IMG/VR virus record: IMGVR_UViG_3300022927_000033
Location: 1-49,315 of that record
Length of the DNA: 49,315 nt
Reading direction: 5' to 3' (one strand)
DNA from: a virus
Lineage: Duplodnaviria > Caudoviricetes
Shown here: positions 43,835-49,315 of the stretch, piece by piece
How positions within the stretch are numbered: position 1 is the stretch's first letter
How the letters are laid out: every line of letters begins with the position of its first letter
Notes under the pieces: model-generated
The model's input: only the letters and a program-made list of their open reading frames with translations
Told to the model about the DNA's origin: nothing
Databases searched by the model: none
Translations under genes and position numbers: made by a program

Positions 43835-44254
43835 TTATGCGCGTTCGTAGCCGCGGGGGTCATCAACCACTGCTTCTACGGCGTCGTCGTTCAAAATACG
43901 AAACTCTTTACCATGAATCTTGATACGAGTTCCAGAATATGCTCTAGTGATTACGAAGTCGCCTTCCTTACACCAAGGCCCTGTGGGAAATCTGTCTTCG
44001 TCTTTATAAGCCATATCTCCCATTTTTAAAACAAACAATACCACTGTTGAATGTTCTTCTAGTGATTTTGTTTTGTCTGATTTTAATATACCGCTCTGAT
44101 ACTTCTCCTCAACATTAGGCACAGCACATAAAAGTCTGTAACCCTTTACTTCAGGGAATTGAGTCGGTTTTTCTTCTTGTTTTGGCTCTTCTGGTATTAC
44201 TGCTTTACCATTCAAACCTACAACTTTATTGTCGGGTGTTATGATTTCACTCAT
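43835..44254 (-). CDS. groES: Phage-encoded co-chaperonin GroES (Cpn10)
   Basis: KYQSGIL...GPWCKEGDFVI..AYSGTRIKIHGKEFRILNDDAVEAVV; likely start MSEII at 44254. Confidence 0.85.
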   Translation of the reverse strand: MSEIITPDNKVVGLNGKAVIPEEPKQEEKPTQFPEVKGYRLLCAVPNVEEKYQSGILKSDKTKSLEEHSTVVLFVLKMGDMAYKDEDRFPTGPWCKEGDFVITRAYSGTRIKIHGKEFRILNDDAVEAVVDDPRGYERA

Positions 44255-44444
44255 CGTCATCCCCCATTTCTGTTTTTCTTGCAAGCGTAGCGACTAATGA
44301 TTGAGCGATATGAAATCCGCGAATAATGCCACATGCGTGCATATACTGTGCATGTTCCTCGGCTCTCCCCATGCATAAATCGTCTTTAATGCGTTGCTCT
44401 TCCTCGCCTAATTGTTGGGCTAGAAGGTTTAAGACCTCGTCCAT
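44247..44444 (-). CDS. Small hypothetical head-module protein
   Basis: AAGGAG RBS; Y...CGIIRG motif; between portal and groES. Confidence 0.7.
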   Translation of the reverse strand: MDEVLNLLAQQLGEEEQRIKDDLCMGRAEEHAQYMHACGIIRGFHIAQSLVATLARKTEMGDDDE

Positions 44445-46919
44445 TTATTCTCCTTTCGGTTTAAGTTGCGACTGTTGTCGTAGTTGTTTGTCTTGCTGTA
44501 CTGCTTGCGCTCCGAGCTTAGTACCTTCTATAAACTCTTTTGCGTCAAGGTCTTTTTGCTTATTCACTGCATCAGCACCAAGCTTGGCACCGGCGATTCT
44601 TTCTTGTGAATCAAGTTTTAGTTTTTCAAGGTCAAGTTTAGCTTGTTCCAATACAGTATCTGCTTGCATTTTCTGAGCTTTGGCTTGAGCCTCCATTTCC
44701 TTAATCTGTAGTTCTTTTTGTTGCATCTGAATAAGCGGATCTTGTTGTTGCTGTTGCGCTTGTTGTTGAGCTATTTCAGCTCTATTTTTATCCATGAGTT
44801 GTTTAGCAGCACGAGCAGCCAATCTTGAAACGTCCACTTCAATATCTTGCGGTAATGTTTCGTTTGGTGCTGGAAGAGGTACGCCAAGTTGTTCTTCAAT
44901 CTGACGTCTATATTCAAATGCTAAATGTTCTGCTATGTGTGCTTCAATAGCAGCTCCAACTACTTGTGCTTTTGGGCTTTGTCCTACAAGTTGCGCTAGT
45001 TTTGGATCATCTTTAAATGTCATGTGTGCTGTAATGTGTGCTTCATGGTCTTGGTATATAAATGCCTTGACAGGCTTACCATTAATAAGATTCATATTTT
45101 CACTAACAGGGTCTGTAGGCTTAATATCTTCTTTGTTAGGTATAAGCTTGGTGACGTTTTTCACGCCTAATACTTCTAGCATTTGACGATTAAGTTCTGG
45201 TAAGTCATAAATATCTGGATTAGCTTGAGCTAACTGCATAACTGCTTGATATTGCACAACTTTTTGTGACATGGTTGCAGCATTAGGATCAGATACCGGG
45301 ATAACCTCAACCATGTCATAGTCGCTTCGTTTAGCTTCTTTGCTCCCTGTTGCTGGGTCGTATGAGTAGTCTGCAGGCGTGTAGTCTTTTATGATAGTTT
45401 TAAGCAATTTAAATTCTTGCTTCATTGCATAGTGAATGCGACTCTGGACTGCAGACATGACTTTCAGTGTACGCTCGAGAATAGCAAGTGTAGTTCCTAC
45501 AGGTGCTTGAGCGGACATATCTGAAACTTTTAAATCAGCAGCCGACGCGAACCGACGTCCTTCATCAATAATCTGATTCATTAACATATTTAGAACTTGT
45601 GAGGGTTCTTTGTAAGGAAGTGGTAAAATGTTATCTCGTATAGTACCGGAGGGTACGTCAACATCACGGAACTCTGCAGGAGAAATTGGTGTATCATCAC
45701 CTTTGATGCGTAATCCTCTAGATTTGAAACCACCAGGAAGATTAGATAATGTACCCGCGTCTACCAATTGCCTTAATATCATTGTGCCTGATTTTGCAAA
45801 TGCTCCAATCAAATGAATCAAGCCGAAGCAATAAAATCCAAATCCTGGCACATATCCATAATGCACGAAATGCTGGCGCTTTTGCTTCTTCTTATCGTCC
45901 GGATTCCAATTACGTCTAATTGCTAGAATAGTTGATGTTGATTTTTCAATGGTTACAACATAAGGTAATGCAATACCTGTAGGCTCCCCATCTTGCTCAT
46001 CTTCATATCCTTCTAAGTCAAGGTCAACATGCATTTCAAGAAGTTTAAATCTGTCATCAGAGGTAGCACTGAACCCCATCTTCTCTGCAATCTTTTTCTC
46101 AACTTCGTCTAAGTCATAAGTAGGCTCACCTAAATCAACATCTTTATAGAACCCTGCGACTTGTAGTTTGCGTAATTCGTTCTGTGTCTTACGCATGACG
46201 TGTGTAACTCTTTCAGCGGATTCCAAGTCTGAAGCACCGTATGGCACTACGATGTCTTCAGCTGGAATATACATAGAGACTTGTCGCTCTAAACTTGGGT
46301 CGTAATAAACTTTCTTGAACGCATTACCCGCTAACCCTAAACCCCATAACATTCTTTCATGTTCAGGTCTGTATTCCACCATCTTTTCAGTCAACTGAAA
46401 ATTCATGTTTTCTTGTACACGTGCAGAAGCCTCTTTGTTCTCTGTAGTCTCTTTACCAATGATTTGTGTTTTGACGGGGCCCGCTGCAGGGAAAGTTTCA
46501 GTCATTGTTTCTGCTTGGAATTTGACTAGCGTTTCTGTCATGAGTGGATGATACACATTACACGCGCCTTGCCACGGTTCTGAACGGTCTTCTAATTTAA
46601 GACCTAATAACTCTAATCCGTCAACATAAGTATCTAGCCAATCTTTTCTTGAAGTAATATCACCCTCATAATCTTCTATTAAATCACTAGCTAGGTTTTC
46701 TAAAAGTGAGTCTTCCATCTCTTCTGCTAGGTTTTGATTAAACTCATCATCTGCCATCGCGTCAGGGTCGATTACAATTTCCATCCCACCTGCGTTAATA
46801 CTTACCGACTCTGGGTCTTCGATTTCTATTTCTAAATCAGGTTCATCGAGCGCCGCTTCTTCCATCCCCATCGGAGCTGCATACAACCCTTTATCTATAT
46901 TGTTATTATCTTGTGCCAT
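44445..46919 (-). CDS. Portal protein (P22-like)
   Basis: 824 aa directly after terL; GNAFKKVYYD, GFGFYCFGLIH, LRQLVDAGTLSNLP; Q-rich coiled-coil C-terminus. Confidence 0.85.
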   Translation of the reverse strand: MAQDNNNIDKGLYAAPMGMEEAALDEPDLEIEIEDPESVSINAGGMEIVIDPDAMADDEFNQNLAEEMEDSLLENLASDLIEDYEGDITSRKDWLDTYVDGLELLGLKLEDRSEPWQGACNVYHPLMTETLVKFQAETMTETFPAAGPVKTQIIGKETTENKEASARVQENMNFQLTEKMVEYRPEHERMLWGLGLAGNAFKKVYYDPSLERQVSMYIPAEDIVVPYGASDLESAERVTHVMRKTQNELRKLQVAGFYKDVDLGEPTYDLDEVEKKIAEKMGFSATSDDRFKLLEMHVDLDLEGYEDEQDGEPTGIALPYVVTIEKSTSTILAIRRNWNPDDKKKQKRQHFVHYGYVPGFGFYCFGLIHLIGAFAKSGTMILRQLVDAGTLSNLPGGFKSRGLRIKGDDTPISPAEFRDVDVPSGTIRDNILPLPYKEPSQVLNMLMNQIIDEGRRFASAADLKVSDMSAQAPVGTTLAILERTLKVMSAVQSRIHYAMKQEFKLLKTIIKDYTPADYSYDPATGSKEAKRSDYDMVEVIPVSDPNAATMSQKVVQYQAVMQLAQANPDIYDLPELNRQMLEVLGVKNVTKLIPNKEDIKPTDPVSENMNLINGKPVKAFIYQDHEAHITAHMTFKDDPKLAQLVGQSPKAQVVGAAIEAHIAEHLAFEYRRQIEEQLGVPLPAPNETLPQDIEVDVSRLAARAAKQLMDKNRAEIAQQQAQQQQQDPLIQMQQKELQIKEMEAQAKAQKMQADTVLEQAKLDLEKLKLDSQERIAGAKLGADAVNKQKDLDAKEFIEGTKLGAQAVQQDKQLRQQSQLKPKGE

Positions 46920-46928
46920 AATGTTTTC

Positions 46929-48455
46929 CTATATTGCGTACAGCCTTTTCTGGCTTGCACTTTTAAAATAAATAATGTCGTCTTCTTCATCAGAAGGTAA
47001 TCTAATAAAGCCCCCTTGTCTAAACCGCATCAATGCCAAAGTCGTTGCATCAACTAAGTCATCGTTAGCACCAGACGGGAAATCGTTACATTCCTCGATT
47101 ACTTCGTGTGCCCATCTTCTATCAGGCGCCCATACAATACCTGAACTAAATAAGTCCGATACTGCATTTACCCTGCTGATCTTGTCTTGGCCTTTCCCTG
47201 GAGTAAACTCACCCACTGGAATCCCCATACGTCTAAACTCTTGGTAAAGTGCAGCACCGTTTGACTTTTTCTCTACAACAAATGCGTCAGGCTCCCATTC
47301 TTTATACTCTTCAAGACAAAGCTCTTTGAGTTCTGGAAACTCTAAACGTTTTTTAGTTGCATTTAACAGTATTATATTATAATTATCTGTTTCTTCGTTT
47401 AAAAACACGCCCCAAACTAACAATGCATTATAATCAGCTCTATTATTTGCTTCTTGCGCAGCATCAAGCGTCATAATTATAAACTCACAGGGCGGAGGGT
47501 TTTCTTCTTCCCATATGTTCCACCATTCTCTTTTAATTAACGCACCTTCTTCTGATACTGGGTTTTGCATGTACTGCGCATTCCAATACCTTATATCTAA
47601 TGCCGCACGTCTTGCTCTTAATTCTTCTATAGACCAGAACTCAGGCCACAGTGGTACTTCTTCTCCCTTATCTTCTAGTATTGCAGGGAACTCTACTACT
47701 TCCCAGTTATCTACATCATCATTCTTAACCATTTGGTTAACAATCTGTCCAGTGAGGTCTAGCTTAGACCACCGTGTCATTACAACGACAATAGCGCCTC
47801 CGGGCATAAGCCTTTGAAGCGGCCCTGACTGAAACCATTCCCATGCTGGCAAGAATACGTCTGGCTTTCCAAGCTTGGCGTCTTGCTCTGAGTGTGGGTC
47901 GTCGATAATAAATAAATCTGCACCACGGCCGGCGAGAGCACCACCAACCCCAATAGCAAAATACTCACCGTTGTAGTTCGTACCCCACCTAGAAGCCGAC
48001 TTACTATCCGCTTGCAAGCTGACATCAGGGAAGATATCCTTGTACGCGTCGGACCCCACAAGATTTCGCACACGACGACCAAAATTAACTGCGAGGTCAG
48101 CCGTATGGGAAGCCATAATAACTTTCTTAGCTGGGTGCTTACCCAAAAACCAAGCTGGAGCAAGGTACGAAATAAGCTCAGACTTACCATGCCTAGGAGC
48201 GATATTAACAATAACGCGTTTTCTTTTACCTTCTGCAATTTCTTCAAATAATTTTGCCAACCTAGCATGATGCGCACCTACTTTATAGTCTGGATAGACG
48301 TGTTTAATAAATTCTAAGAAGGTCTTCCCTCCTGCTTGCTTCACTAACTCCGCTTTATACTTAGTTAATAGCTCTAAATTCTTTCGCCGCTCACTTTCTG
48401 ACATAGTAGGCAGAGCTTTTTCTAGAATTGCCAGATCTTTTGCACTAATCATCAT
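46929..48455 (-). CDS. terL: Terminase large subunit
   Basis: Walker A IAPRHGKS, Walker B FIIDDP, VMTRW, nuclease TLDAA and NDDLVDA. Confidence 0.95.
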   Translation of the reverse strand: MMISAKDLAILEKALPTMSESERRKNLELLTKYKAELVKQAGGKTFLEFIKHVYPDYKVGAHHARLAKLFEEIAEGKRKRVIVNIAPRHGKSELISYLAPAWFLGKHPAKKVIMASHTADLAVNFGRRVRNLVGSDAYKDIFPDVSLQADSKSASRWGTNYNGEYFAIGVGGALAGRGADLFIIDDPHSEQDAKLGKPDVFLPAWEWFQSGPLQRLMPGGAIVVVMTRWSKLDLTGQIVNQMVKNDDVDNWEVVEFPAILEDKGEEVPLWPEFWSIEELRARRAALDIRYWNAQYMQNPVSEEGALIKREWWNIWEEENPPPCEFIIMTLDAAQEANNRADYNALLVWGVFLNEETDNYNIILLNATKKRLEFPELKELCLEEYKEWEPDAFVVEKKSNGAALYQEFRRMGIPVGEFTPGKGQDKISRVNAVSDLFSSGIVWAPDRRWAHEVIEECNDFPSGANDDLVDATTLALMRFRQGGFIRLPSDEEDDIIYFKSASQKRLYAI

Positions 48456-48456
48456 A

Positions 48457-48534
48457 TTAGAAGATTAAAGTGATTAAAAATATAGCAACTACTGCACACG
48501 ACACTGCCCAAGCGCGTTCGTCTCCTTTATTCAT
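48457..48534 (-). CDS. Tiny transmembrane peptide, 25 aa (not in ORF track)
   Basis: MNKGDERAWAVSCAVVAIFLITLIF; GGAGG upstream; fills the terS-terL gap. Confidence 0.5.
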   Translation of the reverse strand: MNKGDERAWAVSCAVVAIFLITLIF

Positions 48535-49129
48535 CATCATCCTCCACGATTTCACCCTCTATTACTTTGCCTTTTAGCTCTTCTATCGTCTTTTTAAGCT
48601 CATCTTCTAGCTCTTTACCAGTTTTATTAATGTGTGTGACCTCTGTTTTCTTCTTAAATGCATCAACACCATCTATCTCACCTATTTTAGTCCACGCTGA
48701 TATGCGGTCTTTAGGATTTGTTGCGGTTGCCGCTTCTTGTAGTAGTCCGTTAAGTACTGAAAGCTTGATATCAGACAGCTCTTCCGTCACCATATGGCTG
48801 GTTTGAGCAACAAGCCCTGCTAGGTAAGCTATTGTTTCATTAGGATAATTCTTATAATCCACTTTAAGATTGGGATTCTCCATGATTTCCTTCGCAATCT
48901 CTTCAGCATCCTCAATTTCTTCAGTCGTAGGCTCTAATGTGTTGCCATTTAGATCACTAATCTCTTTAATAGTATGGCTGCGAATCTCAAGTTCTTCGCT
49001 CGGGGTGAGCTTAGGTGTAGTGTGCGAGTTTTTTGCAGGTATAGGAATATCGTCATCAATTTTAGGCATCATAACAATGCTATCGAATGACTCGTCAACA
49101 GTATCTAGTAGTCGTTTTTGGTCTGACAT
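48527..49129 (-). CDS. Putative terminase small subunit
   Basis: Upstream of terL; KDRISAWTKIGEIDGVDAF..KTEVTH helical region. Confidence 0.55.
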   Translation of the reverse strand: MSDQKRLLDTVDESFDSIVMMPKIDDDIPIPAKNSHTTPKLTPSEELEIRSHTIKEISDLNGNTLEPTTEEIEDAEEIAKEIMENPNLKVDYKNYPNETIAYLAGLVAQTSHMVTEELSDIKLSVLNGLLQEAATATNPKDRISAWTKIGEIDGVDAFKKKTEVTHINKTGKELEDELKKTIEELKGKVIEGEIVEDDDE

Positions 49130-49178
49130 GTGTCGCTGTTTACACCTTGTGATTAAAATTTGTGCAGCTATGCGACGA

Positions 49179-49207
49179 AGTATATCTTAAATAAAATTAA
49201 GATACAA
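49179..49207 (-). promoter_or_regulatory. Sigma70-like promoter of the packaging operon with overlapping inverted repeat
   Basis: TTGTAT-N17-TATACT; TATCTTAA-N6-TTAAGATA (49183-49204) spans the spacer. Confidence 0.65.
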
Positions 49208-49277
49208 GGTATATGCAAAAAATGCCTAATAATGAGCCAGCAAAAAGACTATATAAAATAATAAGTAGTGTTTCCAT
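49197..49277 (-). CDS. Tiny hydrophobic peptide, 26 aa (not in ORF track)
   Basis: METLLIILYSLFAGSLLGIFCIYLVS; weak RBS. Confidence 0.35.
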   Translation of the reverse strand: METLLIILYSLFAGSLLGIFCIYLVS

Positions 49278-49315
49278 GCCCGTATTGTATCCAGATTTAT
49301 TTTCTCATGTGGTAG

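Noticed and set aside
10390-48277. Many + strand ORFs opposite the late genes (e.g. 16456-17022, 32320-32790, 33379-33852, 36462-36950) and alternate-frame - strand ORFs (e.g. 47780-48277)
   Set aside because: They are shadows of well-supported genes, with no RBS and compositions explained by the real frame's codon bias.
44445-48455. Inteins or introns in the terminase or portal genes
   Set aside because: Both are uninterrupted, of ordinary length, and show no intein splice motifs.

Overview
This window is most of a tailed dsDNA phage genome, probably a podovirus-like aquatic phage, arranged as two convergent modules. The + strand (1-9927) carries replication genes: the 3' part of a family A DNA polymerase, a cupin/2OG-Fe(II)-like protein, a PD-(D/E)XK nuclease, two HNH-like proteins, an SNF2 helicase, a T7 gp2.5-like SSB, an HTH protein and a primase-DUF927 helicase. 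The - strand (49277-9924) carries morphogenesis genes: terminase, portal, GroES, scaffold, a Mu gpT-like capsid protein, many small basic proteins, head-tail connectors, a roughly 11 kb array of paralogous tail-fibre, adaptor and chaperone genes, a tail tubular protein and large internal/ejection proteins, one with an N-terminal lysozyme. The main finding is not in the ORF track: a 24-aa PQQ precursor gene (pqqA, 40581-40655) sits in its own terminator-bounded cassette right after the capsid gene, which points to a methylotroph host. Directly downstream is a separately promoted, multiply pseudoknotted RNA resembling the Mu-gpT-DE motif. All product calls come from motif recognition by eye; no database searches were run. 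I saw no tRNA, CRISPR array, integrase or reverse transcriptase.
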